From Aulosira sp. ZfuVER01 (GTDB lineage: Bacteria > Cyanobacteriota > Cyanobacteriia > Cyanobacteriales > Nostocaceae), in the NCBI GenBank assembly GCA_034530615.2, contig JAVRCV020000080.1, positions 28,380-92,379 on the forward strand: DNA of 64,000 nucleotides, written 5' to 3'. The notes beneath the pieces are model-generated. The model was not told where the DNA came from. It ran no database searches and saw only the letters and a list, made by a program, of their open reading frames with translations. Below are positions 52,267-62,402 of this stretch, one piece after another. A program made the position numbers and the translations under genes. Positions within the stretch are counted from its first letter, which is position 1, and the number at the start of each line of letters is the position of its first letter.

Positions 52267-54561
52267 TTACTTAAGATATATCAACAAGTTCAATCCCGGA
52301 ATGGTGCGCGAGAGAGTCCACAAAACTAGGGTAATGTAAAGTAAACCTAGACTCCACTCATACCAGCCCAGTGTAGCGATAATGCTGGGTAGATGCTGAT
52401 CTCGCATCCGAATATCGTTAAATCCTAATCTCACTAAGTTATTAAGGCTAAAGTCGTAGTAGTTAAGCCAGTTCCAGTGTCTATCCCACAAAAGATGCAT
52501 ATAGCGTTCGCGAAATGTGGGATTTCTGGGAATCACAGGTAAGCGTCCAATCAGTAACCGTAGCTGGCGGAAGGTACCATCTTCTGTGAAGTAAGAAACA
52601 TCTAATAAATCGTGATAGCGACCTTGTTGGTAAAGTCGCATTAATAAAATCACTGGTACAGGGACAATAATAATTAACAGACATCCCAGTGTTAACCAAG
52701 GTTGTTCGGCGCTACGAAAGATTGCTAATAAGCTAAAGAATTCTAAGCAGCCAAAGCTAATTAATATAGAAATGGTTTCGTAGTATGTGGGAATAATTGG
52801 TACGGGACGCAGACGACGATAGCGATCGACTAGCCAAAATAGCAAGCCAAAAAAAGCGATCGCAACTCCGCCAACGCCAAATACAAGCCAAATATTTGTA
52901 CCATAGCCACTCAGTAGCAGCAGCACACTCAAAGCCAACCAACTCCAGGCTTGGAGTAACCAGTTACCAAATGACAGAGGTTCGCTGACAATTATGCGAT
53001 CGCGCACTTGGCCGTAGGTATCTAAATCAATATCTGCTAAAGTTAGTAATTCGCTATTATTGCGAAATAGTTTAACTTGACGACGCTGGGCGATCGCTTG
53101 CGCCTGATTTGCAGAAAAACCTAATCTTTTCAAGTTGCCTAGGGGAGCCGTATTAATATTTGTAGATACCAGACGATGGCCTAATTCCATCAGTCGCAAT
53201 CGCTGTTTTGTGTACTCCAAGGAATTAGCATCAGCAATTTGCTGTTGCTGACGAAAATTTTGTCCTAAATTCCGCAGCACATTTTGATTTCCTTGCAGAG
53301 TAGGAACACAAAATCTCTTGCCAATCTCACCAGAATTACCTAAAATTTTCGCTTGATTTGAGTTAAAACTCAGACCAGATACAGCTAAAAAAGCTTCCTT
53401 GGCAAACTTAGCATCACTGAAATCTGCGAGATTAAGAATGCTTGCACTTTGCAAACTTACAGGTTGATCGAACTGGGTTTCTCGAAAAATTACAGCTTGG
53501 TCAAAAGTCGCGTCTGACAATAAGAGAAACTGATCGAAATTAGCTTTAGTAAACTGTGCTTGACTGAAAAAATGCACATCAGAAAAATCAGCACTCCCCA
53601 ACCACTGCACGCTATTAAATTTAGCCAACTGCTTAAAATTTACCTGGTTGAAGTTGGCAGTATCTTCAAATATGCTGTGTTGAAAATCAGCAGTTTCTTG
53701 AAATTGGGTTTGCTTAAAACTAGCTTTGTTGAAAAAAATGCTTCCTTGAAAATTGCTCAGATGTCGGAAATTAGCACCACTAAAGCTGACAGCACGGCTG
53801 AATCTAGTTTCAGTCCAGTTAGTTGGCTGGATAAAAGTTGCACCTTGCGCATCTACAGATTGAAGAAAGAAGATATTGGGGAACCACACTTCGCCATTAA
53901 AGCGAGTTTTTACCAGTGTTAAAGAACCCCGAAAAACTGTAAATTCACTGGATGCTGCTGATTGCGTTCCTAAAAGCGATCGACAGTCTTTAGAATTAGG
54001 TAAAGCAATTGCAAGTGATTGCAAACAAACCAGGCGCAAACTTTCTAATTGTTCTTGTTCAGTTGGGGTAAAAATTGGCGCAATCTCTTGGGCATAAAGG
54101 GGAGTTCTTAAACCCAAATCACTACCCATAAAATCCCCTTGAATTAGAGAATAGCTCAGATCTAAACCCAAAGGTTTTGCGCCCGTTTTTTGTAATTCTT
54201 TACGCAGCAGTTGGTAAAAAGCATCGCGGAAGCTGGCATTTTCTGGGCGTAAATCAATCACCATCTGCCGCAAATCTATAGTTAAGTTACCTTCACGAAG
54301 TATTGGTGTACGTACTCGTTCTTGTAAGATTTCAAGAGTTAAAGGTGTGCGTTCTAGGGACGTTTGTACCGCCGAAGCTGGTAGAGGAAGGAAGAAACAA
54401 AGAATTAATAAAACGCAGAGGAGCGCAGAGGTTAAACGCAGAGAGAATTCGGAGCTGCGGCTTCCGCCGAGCTGAACTTCGGTGAGTACACAGAGTAGTT
54501 TCTCTGTGATACTTTGCGCTTCCCTTTGCGATACTTTGCGTTTCAAAAATAATCTATTCAA
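52267..54561 (-). CDS. Pentapeptide-repeat membrane protein with a helix-hairpin-helix domain (start uncertain)
   Basis: AxF pentapeptide repeats, NINTA...AQAIAQRR HhH, C-terminal TM helices. Confidence 0.8.
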   Translation of the reverse strand: MNRLFLKRKVSQREAQSITEKLLCVLTEVQLGGSRSSEFSLRLTSALLCVLLILCFFLPLPASAVQTSLERTPLTLEILQERVRTPILREGNLTIDLRQMVIDLRPENASFRDAFYQLLRKELQKTGAKPLGLDLSYSLIQGDFMGSDLGLRTPLYAQEIAPIFTPTEQEQLESLRLVCLQSLAIALPNSKDCRSLLGTQSAASSEFTVFRGSLTLVKTRFNGEVWFPNIFFLQSVDAQGATFIQPTNWTETRFSRAVSFSGANFRHLSNFQGSIFFNKASFKQTQFQETADFQHSIFEDTANFNQVNFKQLAKFNSVQWLGSADFSDVHFFSQAQFTKANFDQFLLLSDATFDQAVIFRETQFDQPVSLQSASILNLADFSDAKFAKEAFLAVSGLSFNSNQAKILGNSGEIGKRFCVPTLQGNQNVLRNLGQNFRQQQQIADANSLEYTKQRLRLMELGHRLVSTNINTAPLGNLKRLGFSANQAQAIAQRRQVKLFRNNSELLTLADIDLDTYGQVRDRIIVSEPLSFGNWLLQAWSWLALSVLLLLSGYGTNIWLVFGVGGVAIAFFGLLFWLVDRYRRLRPVPIIPTYYETISILISFGCLEFFSLLAIFRSAEQPWLTLGCLLIIIVPVPVILLMRLYQQGRYHDLLDVSYFTEDGTFRQLRLLIGRLPVIPRNPTFRERYMHLLWDRHWNWLNYYDFSLNNLVRLGFNDIRMRDQHLPSIIATLGWYEWSLGLLYITLVLWTLSRTIPGLNLLIYLK
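54411..54545. repeat. Nostocales ACGCAGAG-type dispersed repeat with a nested short palindrome
   Basis: AAACGCAGAGGAGCGCAGAGGTTAAACGCAGAG...CTTTGCG x3; related copy at about 13662-13706. Confidence 0.6.
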
Positions 54562-54572
54562 ATTTTTCTTGA

Positions 54573-55601
54573 CTATTCATTGCTAATCAGCAGAACAATT
54601 TTACCTGTGATAGAACCACTTTCAAGTAATTTGTGTGCTTTAGCTGCTTCTTCTAAAGAGAATTTATGGCTGACATGAATTTTTAACTTACCTCGATCGA
54701 TCCAAGTCGCACACTGTTCCAAAATTTCGGCATGGTGCTGAAGTCCCTCTACTATTCCTTGCAACATCGGTGTCAACATCAATTCCAAACCGATGCGGAG
54801 GTTACGGTTTCTCGCAACTTTCCAAACAGTATTAGCACTTGGTTCGAGAATCGTCACAATATCGCCATATACCCGCACGGCTGGGAAGGTTTTGTGAAAA
54901 GTCTCTCCACCGACAGTATCAAATGCTAAATCTACACCTTCACCACCAGTCCAATCTAAGGCGGCTTGTACAAAGTCAGTTTGTTTGTAAAAAATTACTT
55001 TATCAGCACCTAGTTGTTTAACAAAATTAGCTTTATCCTCAGAACCTACGGTAGTAGCGACATTAGCACCTTTGAGTTTTGCTAGTTGAATTGCTACATG
55101 GCCGACGCCACCAGCACCAGCGTGAATTAAAACGTTTTCTCTAGGTTCCAGTCGTCCTCGTTCGTATAAAGCTTCCCAAGCAGTGATTAGTACTAAAGGT
55201 GCGGCGGCGGCTTCAGCAAAGGACACGGAAGCTGGTTTATGTGCAACAAAGCGCTCATCAACAACGGTATATTCAGCATAATTACCTTGATGTGCACCTA
55301 AGCCACCATAGCAAAAATACACCGCATCACCTGGACTAAAGCGCTGCACCCCAGCACCTACCGCTTCCACTACACCTGCACCATCACATCCTAAAATGGC
55401 AGGCATTTGTTCCGGGTAGAATGTACCGCGTTGACGAAGTTTTGTATCAATGGGATTTATACCAGCTGCTACCAAGCGTACTAAAAGTTCAGTATCTCCT
55501 ACAGGAACACCAGGGTTTGTGATTTCCTGTAGTTGTAGCACTTCAGGGCTACCTGCTGCTGTCATCAAGACTGCTTTCATAACTCTTTTCTCCTGGCTCA
55601 A
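54573..55601 (-). CDS. MDR-family (quinone oxidoreductase-like) dehydrogenase
   Basis: AGINPID, HAGAGGVGH, GKIVL. Confidence 0.9.
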   Translation of the reverse strand: MSQEKRVMKAVLMTAAGSPEVLQLQEITNPGVPVGDTELLVRLVAAGINPIDTKLRQRGTFYPEQMPAILGCDGAGVVEAVGAGVQRFSPGDAVYFCYGGLGAHQGNYAEYTVVDERFVAHKPASVSFAEAAAAPLVLITAWEALYERGRLEPRENVLIHAGAGGVGHVAIQLAKLKGANVATTVGSEDKANFVKQLGADKVIFYKQTDFVQAALDWTGGEGVDLAFDTVGGETFHKTFPAVRVYGDIVTILEPSANTVWKVARNRNLRIGLELMLTPMLQGIVEGLQHHAEILEQCATWIDRGKLKIHVSHKFSLEEAAKAHKLLESGSITGKIVLLISNE

Positions 55602-55684
55602 GCTAGATCCACGCTTATTTGCAACTTTAGCTTAATAGGGAGTATAGAGCGATCGCTTTTATGAAACTGTTTCAGCACCTAAAA

Positions 55685-56266
55685 CTACCGATGCATAAGC
55701 GATTGAATTTGCTGTGTACTTTGTAATGGTGCATCTGGAGTACGGTTGAGTGCAGTGACTGTGACACCTAATGCAGAAAGCGCAGCTATAGAAACCCCAG
55801 CTAGCCATCTGACTTGCTGACGTAAATATTTAATTTCTCGGCTCATGTTATCTACTTCTAACTGGGAATAGGGTTTTACTTCTGAAACTTCTACAGCGAT
55901 TTTTTGAGGTAGATCTGTGGGATCTTCAAAAGCAATCTTTGTTTCCAGCCACTTAGTAATTAATTGAGGACAATTTTTTTGAAACCAATGCCATGCAATA
56001 ACTCTAAATACAGGCTTAGACATTTTGGCAATTATTTTCATTGTCCGGTTTAAAGGGCGCGACCGGAGCCTGCGGTTAATTAAGTTTACCGAGCCAACAT
56101 CATATAAACAATCAATAATAAGCTTAATAGTTGCTTCTTCACTATTAGCTAAATTTAGTAGTAAAAGATTAACATCTTGCATTCGTTCTGTGGCAAGACG
56201 CTGATGAGCTAATTTCTCGGGAGATATTAAGGATTGAGGTAGATTATTTCTTGTAACTATCGTCAT
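55685..56266 (-). CDS. Conserved hypothetical protein with a C-terminal TM helix
   Basis: CLYDVGSVNLIN...WFQKNCPQLI; coiled coil then hydrophobic helix. Confidence 0.75.
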   Translation of the reverse strand: MTIVTRNNLPQSLISPEKLAHQRLATERMQDVNLLLLNLANSEEATIKLIIDCLYDVGSVNLINRRLRSRPLNRTMKIIAKMSKPVFRVIAWHWFQKNCPQLITKWLETKIAFEDPTDLPQKIAVEVSEVKPYSQLEVDNMSREIKYLRQQVRWLAGVSIAALSALGVTVTALNRTPDAPLQSTQQIQSLMHR

Positions 56267-57098
56267 ACTGGTATATTAAAATTTGGCAAGATTAAATATG
56301 AGTGAGTGTCTTAATTGAAAGATTGCAGCCATCAAAACAAAAAATTGTAGAGTAAATTTTTATGAGTTTCATATCCACCATTAGATGTAATTACAAAAGT
56401 TTTTAGAATAAAAATATAAGTTTCTCTGGCAACAAAAATAGCTCTTTTTAGAGATGAAATTTCTACTTGCTCATACTGAAAGATATCTAAAATAATCTAG
56501 CCTTGATTAAAACTGTTTATAACCAAATTCATTAACTGAAATTGATGACTTTATAGATAAGCTCCAAGCAAGGTTGAGAGTAATATAAACAACTTTACTG
56601 CTATTACTCATAAATATTCAAGATACCAAAGAAAAGTTATGCCAAATGGAAATATAATTTGGGAGCGATGGCAGGCTAATACTTTTGATAGAAGTGATTT
56701 TGATCCTATGGTAGACGTTGAGGAAAACAGCAAAAGTTATTCTTAGTCAAAGTTACCTCGACGTATAGCAAACCGTCGTGGGGGTTTTTACCAGGGTACA
56801 GAAATAGTGACTCTATAATGCTGATGCCATCAGTCAATTACCAAGCTCATACTAAAAGCAGAACTGTTTTCAGAAAATCAAGATACTTATGAACCTAGCG
56901 AGAATCTTCATGTTGTCTAAATATCGCTGAAAACTGCCTAAGCTTTCTCTTAATCTCATATATTCCAATGTTTTCAGACCTTAGGGTCGTTAATGTGTCG
57001 TGCCTAAAAATACTGAATTTATTAGCAGATTGAGTTGGCAACGGCGTTCTTGACAATCTATCAACCACAGAAATCTAGACTATATAAGGATAATAATC

Positions 57099-57899
57099 AT
57101 GAGACCTTTGAATTTATCCAAATTTGTTTTGGCTGGTATCTTTGCTCTGAGTTTTGCTGCTGTACCTTTATCTATGACCGTTTCTGCTCAAACTGGTTCT
57201 TCTGGAGGTAGTTCTTCAGGTAGTAGTACAGGCACTACAGGCAGCGGTAGCAGCACAGGTACAGGTACTACAGGCACTGGTAGCAGTACAGGTACTACAG
57301 GCACTGGTACTTCAGGGACTGGTAGCAGTACTGGTCTAGGTACAGGTACTACGGGCACTGGCACCACAGGAACTGGTAGCAGCACAGGTCTAGGTACAGG
57401 TACTACGGGCACTGGTACCACAGGAACTGGTAGCAGCACAGGTCTAGGTACAGGTACTACGGGCACTGGCACTTCAGGGACTGGTAGCAGCACAGGTCTA
57501 GGTACAGGTACTACGGGTACTGGCACTTCAGGAACTGGTAGCAGTACAGGTACTACAGGCACTGGAACTACGGGCACTGGTACTACAGGGACTGGCACCA
57601 CAGGGACTGGTAGCAGTACAGATACAGGTACTGGGACTACGGGTGCTGATACAACCACAGGTACAGGCACTACTGGTACTACTACTGGTACTGACACAAC
57701 TACAGGTACTGGGACTACAACTGAACCTTATAATCGCGGAACTAGCGATGTGAGGGGCGATCGCGGTTTTGATTGGGGCTGGTTAGGATTGCTTGGCCTA
57801 GCAGGTTTAGCAGGTTTAGCTCGTAATCGCGAAAAACCCCGCGCATATCCAGACCCTAATCAACCTACAGGTACAGGTTCTAGCTCAAGCAGATATTAA
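57099..57899 (+). CDS. Secreted Gly/Thr/Ser-rich protein with a WGxxGxxG C-terminal anchor
   Basis: Signal peptide ..VSAQ; DWGWLGLLGLAGLAGL; AAGGA ribosome-binding site. Confidence 0.88.
   Translation: MRPLNLSKFVLAGIFALSFAAVPLSMTVSAQTGSSGGSSSGSSTGTTGSGSSTGTGTTGTGSSTGTTGTGTSGTGSSTGLGTGTTGTGTTGTGSSTGLGTGTTGTGTTGTGSSTGLGTGTTGTGTSGTGSSTGLGTGTTGTGTSGTGSSTGTTGTGTTGTGTTGTGTTGTGSSTDTGTGTTGADTTTGTGTTGTTTGTDTTTGTGTTTEPYNRGTSDVRGDRGFDWGWLGLLGLAGLAGLARNREKPRAYPDPNQPTGTGSSSSRY
57321..57536 (+). repeat. Four 54-bp in-frame tandem repeats (GSSTGLGTGTTGTGT[T/S]GT)
   Basis: Units start at 57321, 57375, 57429 and 57483. Confidence 0.9.
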
Positions 57900-57941
57900 T
57901 CATTAGCTGATAGGTATCTCACGTTATTAAGCATCTCCCAA

Positions 57942-57972
57942 AAAAGCCCTCACTATTACAGTAAGGGCTTTT
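57942..57972. terminator. Bidirectional terminator-like hairpin
   Basis: AAAAGCCCT...AGGGCTTTT between convergent genes. Confidence 0.6.
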
Positions 57973-58005
57973 CTTTATAAATGGATTGTAGGGGCGATCG
58001 CGTTT

Positions 58006-58689
58006 TTAATAAGCAGAAGTTAGTGTGGTGTTATATTCTTTGAGTCCAGTTTCTTGTAAAGATGGGCGCAAACATAGATAAATTAAGGGGCCAAATAAAG
58101 GAACAAGTGCAACACTCCAAAAAATCCAGGTATTCTTGAGACCTCGACGTGCCATGTCATCATCAAATAATGAAGTCAGTGGAAATACGAGACACATTAG
58201 ACAAAAATCAAGACTGATAAGATGGACAAAAGGCCGTGAAAAAAACTGCTGAACATAATCTTGCCAGTTTCCGGCAATTCCTGCGTAAGCTAGTAATCCA
58301 ATCGTAGCGGCTAGTAAAAAAACTCCTGTTTTACGTCGTTCAAGAATTGCCAGCCACTTATTCATTGTCCCAAAGAATTCTTGATTGGATTTCCTAAAAA
58401 TTAAATAAGGCAAAAGGCAAATAACTCACGTAAAATTCGACCCAATGAAATATGGCCAAGCACGAAAGTTTTGCATTCTGCCATCAGTAAACATTAAACA
58501 AGCGTAGATCGTAGGCCAGATGCCCATCAGCCAGAAAATCGTGGTAATAATAGCGTTGAGTTTTCCTAATTGAAAGGTTAACAACTTCCACGCTAACGAC
58601 CATGTCTCAGGTTGATCTAGCGGAGCCAACCAGATGGTGTAAGCAACAAATCCCAACCAAATCAAAACAAGAATGATTTTTCTAGGCAT
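58006..58689 (-). pseudogene. DUF2834-like membrane protein split by one in-frame TGA (58426-58428)
   Basis: Both ORFs are in the same frame; reads SNFT*VICLLPYLIFR across the stop. Confidence 0.8.
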
Positions 58690-58726
58690 AACGGCAAACT
58701 GGCTCTGAAATCTACAAATTTAGTAA

Positions 58727-59371
58727 TTAACGTCTTGCTGTCATCTTCTGAGCCATCTGTAAGTGTTGAGCAACAAGTGGTGAAATCTCGTTTGCAAATC
58801 CTCTCAAATCTTGATCTTGTCCTTCTCTCTGATATTTTTGATACTCAGCCAAGGTTTTTTGATGAGCTTGAGTCTGTACTTGCATATATGCTTGGTTAAA
58901 ACTGTTACCAGAAAGTTTTTGCAGCTTTGTCAACAGAGCTTGATTTTCTGAGTTAAGTTCTGTCGGTAGAGGGAAGTTTTTAGCCTTGGCGATCGCAGCT
59001 AATTTTTTGCTGGAAGCTGTATGCTGTTTGACCATCTGCTGCGCATAGTTACGAACAGCTCTGTTTCGGGATTTTTTTAGTGCTAGCTGACTTGTTTGAA
59101 TTTCAGTCAAGTCACTTTGCGCTGCTTTAGCCATGAATTCTGTATCAAGTGTACTCAGCGTAGGATCAGAATTTGTACGGTCTGGGTTAGATGGAGAAGT
59201 GTCATTAGAACTTGGCGTAGGCGTACTCTGAGCCAAAAGGTACTGGCTGGAAGTGTGATTGGCACTATTCAAGTTAGCTTGTGCTAATCCTGGGAGACTA
59301 ATGAAAGCAGCAATTCCGAGAAAGCTACCAATAATCTTTTTGAAACCCTTTGTGTGATTCAGCATCTTCAT
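58727..59371 (-). CDS. Secreted DUF4142 (ferritin-like) protein
   Basis: DTEFMAKAAQSDLTEIQTSQLA...YAQQMVKQH...QHLQMA; signal peptide. Confidence 0.85.
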   Translation of the reverse strand: MKMLNHTKGFKKIIGSFLGIAAFISLPGLAQANLNSANHTSSQYLLAQSTPTPSSNDTSPSNPDRTNSDPTLSTLDTEFMAKAAQSDLTEIQTSQLALKKSRNRAVRNYAQQMVKQHTASSKKLAAIAKAKNFPLPTELNSENQALLTKLQKLSGNSFNQAYMQVQTQAHQKTLAEYQKYQREGQDQDLRGFANEISPLVAQHLQMAQKMTARR

Positions 59372-59672
59372 TGATATTGCTCTGTTTGAAAGTTTAAACA
59401 ATGATGATTCCCTATCAAGCCTGCCTTTGGTTGATTTATGAAATCGCTTCCTTTCGGAAACTTTCACTTTTTCACCATTGGATATTTACACTCGGCTCAA
59501 TTTTTATTTGCTTACGATCACAAAGGTAACTACTGACGTTAGTCCAAAACTTCTACCACAGGAGTAGCCTTACCTTCCATCTGTAGAGGTACTCTAAAAC
59601 TATAAAGAATCTCTCCTCCAAACTTGACTGGTTTCCTCAATGCTTTTATATAGATGAGTTAACAAATTTCGA

Positions 59673-59697
59673 GAAAAGCTCTGTAAAAGAGCTTTTC
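59673..59697. terminator. 10-bp hairpin downstream of the EthD-fusion gene
   Basis: GAAAAGCTCT-GTAAA-AGAGCTTTTC. Confidence 0.6.
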
Positions 59698-59713
59698 AAA
59701 ATCCAACATGATA

Positions 59714-61267
59714 TTAGGCTGTTGTAATTAACTTCAACAATCTACTTGGAGCAAAAACATCACGATAGAAAGTTAATTGCTCAGTTTTGAGATAACATCC
59801 GCCTCTATGACCGCGGCGAATCCAGGTGACATTTCCTTTAGCAAGTGTTTCGTTGGTTTCATCATCCACACACTTCCATTCAAAAAAGGTAACTTCACCA
59901 TGAAACATCACAATTGGCCAACACATAGTTACACCGGGTTGAGCAATTAATGCCCACCAATGTTGTTCGCGCTCTTTTTGTTGTTCTAAGCCTTGATAGG
60001 GGCCATCTTGGCAGAAATAAACCAAATCATCACGATATTCACCAGTTAAGATATCGCCTCGTCCCTGCCTTAATGCTTCACAATGAGTTGGCCACCATTC
60101 TTTGTTCTCTCGTTCAATCTGTTCAAGGGTGTAATCAGGGCTAATCTGTGGTAATGTCCTTTCTTTCATTGCAACAAACTTTTCAGCATCTTCTATGAGT
60201 TTTCTTGCTACATAAGCACTGACGAGTCCTGGCCGAGAATAATCAGCTGACAAATCTTTGTAGTAGTTAGTTCGTTTATTAATGAAGGTGTTTACAGCAT
60301 TTTGGGAACCATTACCAACACCATTTGAGTTAAAGATAAATTTTTGTTCCAGCATCAGAGAAACTACATCCTCTCTCAACTGGTTAGTTGCACCCATATT
60401 CTCAATTAGTTCTGCAACTGTAGAACTACGCTGACCCGCCAGTGTCATCTTACCGTCGTAAACAAAGGTGTAAGCAGCTTGCTCTGGAAATGGTAAAAAT
60501 CGCTGAACATACTTAGCCTTGTCTTGAACAGCAACAGCATATTCTTTAGAGGCAAAGAATCTTTCCATCTCCAAAGGATTAGCAAAGGCAATTTCAAAAG
60601 CAGCTTGATACTGCTTATCTGGAGATTCATAATGAGATACCCCAGGCGCATCTGGGCGAGAAGTATCTACTTCCTCTAATAAATGCAATCGGAATTTCAG
60701 CACAGAATTATTTTGGATAACTGCTGGGGCAAAAGTTTCTGTCATATATCTACGAAAAGCTTCCACACTCACAGCATGAGATTTCTTCACCATGATGTGG
60801 AACTTAACCATACCCAATTTGCCGTTGGGATTTCCTGTAGAGATCCTATCAATATAGGTTTTAGAATTGCCAGAATTAGTTATGTAACCAATTGCTTTGC
60901 TGAATATGTTGCGTTCATCATCCATAAGAATGGCAGCAGATTTGAACCAGATATCACGTTCTGCTTCTGACTCAAAAGTTAATTCGGCAATTGCCGGAAA
61001 TTGTTCTTCTTCTGTACAGGTGTAATCTACGCCGACAGTTTTCGGCCAAATGCCAGCTTCATTTTGAGCTAGGTGAAACTGCCAATATTGATACTGCCCT
61101 GGAAGACGGGCACAGACAGGGCCATGCACGTTTTTCCAATAGTTATTGAAAAGTTCTAAAGAAATGCCTTTGCGTTTCCACAAACACAAGTAAAAAGCTA
61201 CCTTGCCTTTTTGATCGCGGTTCGAGTAATCAACTCTTCTCATTGTTGTTGCTATTGCTGTTGTCAT
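59714..61267 (-). CDS. Tandem EthD-like domains fused to a putative SnoaL/NTF2-like domain
   Basis: KRKGISLELFNNYWKNVHGP and KKSHAVSVEAFRRYM EthD-like motifs; Asn/Gly linker; C-terminal alpha+beta domain. Confidence 0.65.
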   Translation of the reverse strand: MTTAIATTMRRVDYSNRDQKGKVAFYLCLWKRKGISLELFNNYWKNVHGPVCARLPGQYQYWQFHLAQNEAGIWPKTVGVDYTCTEEEQFPAIAELTFESEAERDIWFKSAAILMDDERNIFSKAIGYITNSGNSKTYIDRISTGNPNGKLGMVKFHIMVKKSHAVSVEAFRRYMTETFAPAVIQNNSVLKFRLHLLEEVDTSRPDAPGVSHYESPDKQYQAAFEIAFANPLEMERFFASKEYAVAVQDKAKYVQRFLPFPEQAAYTFVYDGKMTLAGQRSSTVAELIENMGATNQLREDVVSLMLEQKFIFNSNGVGNGSQNAVNTFINKRTNYYKDLSADYSRPGLVSAYVARKLIEDAEKFVAMKERTLPQISPDYTLEQIERENKEWWPTHCEALRQGRGDILTGEYRDDLVYFCQDGPYQGLEQQKEREQHWWALIAQPGVTMCWPIVMFHGEVTFFEWKCVDDETNETLAKGNVTWIRRGHRGGCYLKTEQLTFYRDVFAPSRLLKLITTA

Positions 61268-61379
61268 TGCCTTGCTCCTTGCTTAAAAAATCTCATTAAG
61301 AATGCTGAAAGCCTGCGGCTTGATTGAATCGCATACTTCGGATTAATACCAGAATCTAAGTCAATAAAAGAAATTAAAA

Positions 61380-62141
61380 CTACTGGGCTGTAAAGCCACC
61401 ATCAATGGCAAATGATTGTCCAGTAACAAAACTAGCGGCCTGCGAACAAAGCCAGATCACACTATTAGCTATTTCTTCGGCTTTACCTAAACGACCCATA
61501 GGATGTAAAGAGATAAATTTGTTCTTACCTTCTTCACCTAAATTATCTAGATTACGAGCCAACAAATCTGTTTCTATACCACCTGGGCATACGCAATTAA
61601 TCCGAATATTGTCTTGAGCGTGTTCTAAAGCTAGTGATTTTGTTAAACCAATAACACCATGTTTACTAGCAGTGTAAATAGGAACATTAGGAAGTGCAAC
61701 TAATCCAAGAATAGAAGAATTGTTAATAATTACGCCTCCACCTTGTTTTAACATTTGGGGAATTTGATACTTCATAGATAACCAAACTCCTTTAAGGTTA
61801 GTATCAATAATTAAATTCCAAATATGTTCAGTTTTTTCCACGCTAGAAGTGATAGGTTCTTCGACACCAGCATTATTAAATGCATAGTCAATGCGACCAT
61901 AGTTGTTAACTGTTTGAGTAATTAAGTTTTCAACTTGGATTGCTTGAGTTATATCAGTTTGTACAAATGTAGCTGTACCGCCTTTGTTTTGAATTAATGA
62001 GACTGTTTCTTCACTCTCTTGAATTCTGCGGCTAGCAATCACTACTTTTGCTCCTTTTTGAGCAAAAGCTAATGCTGCTGCTCGGCCAATACCTGAATTA
62101 CCACCTGTAATTAGCGCGACTTTATTATCAAATTCATCCAT
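61380..62141 (-). CDS. Classical SDR oxidoreductase
   Basis: TGGNSGIG, FNNAG, YTASKHG. Confidence 0.92.
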   Translation of the reverse strand: MDEFDNKVALITGGNSGIGRAAALAFAQKGAKVVIASRRIQESEETVSLIQNKGGTATFVQTDITQAIQVENLITQTVNNYGRIDYAFNNAGVEEPITSSVEKTEHIWNLIIDTNLKGVWLSMKYQIPQMLKQGGGVIINNSSILGLVALPNVPIYTASKHGVIGLTKSLALEHAQDNIRINCVCPGGIETDLLARNLDNLGEEGKNKFISLHPMGRLGKAEEIANSVIWLCSQAASFVTGQSFAIDGGFTAQ

Positions 62142-62158
62142 CTTTTTGGCACATATTA

Positions 62159-62390
62159 GATTTATGTTATTAACATAAATCGCTATTTTATTTATGTCAT
62201 TGCAGGAAATGTCTGGTTTTTACAGCTAATAAAGTCAGGTTTTTTAGAAAAACGAAAGATAATGCAAATAGTATTTGAAACTTTTACAACTTTTAATTAG
62301 CTCTTTGCCCTTTAGGCTGTTCAAAAGATAAGTTAGATTCAGTTTTTATAAATGTCTGAAAATGTCAGGTATGATGAGGATGTCAGGATA
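62159..62390. promoter_or_regulatory. Divergent control region with an 11-bp palindrome and GTC(A/T)G(G/A) direct repeats
   Basis: GATTTATGTTA-T-TAACATAAATC 62159-81; GTCTGG 62211, GTCAGG 62234, GTCTGA 62354, GTCAGG 62364, GTCAGG 62382. Confidence 0.45.
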
Positions 62391-62402
62391 AAAAATGAAG
62401 AA

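Noticed and set aside
57321..57536. Regular repeats as a possible CRISPR array
   Set aside because: Contiguous in-frame coding repeats with no unique spacers and no cas genes
57188..57697. 169-aa Val/Pro-rich minus-strand ORF
   Set aside because: Antisense shadow of the Gly/Thr repeat gene
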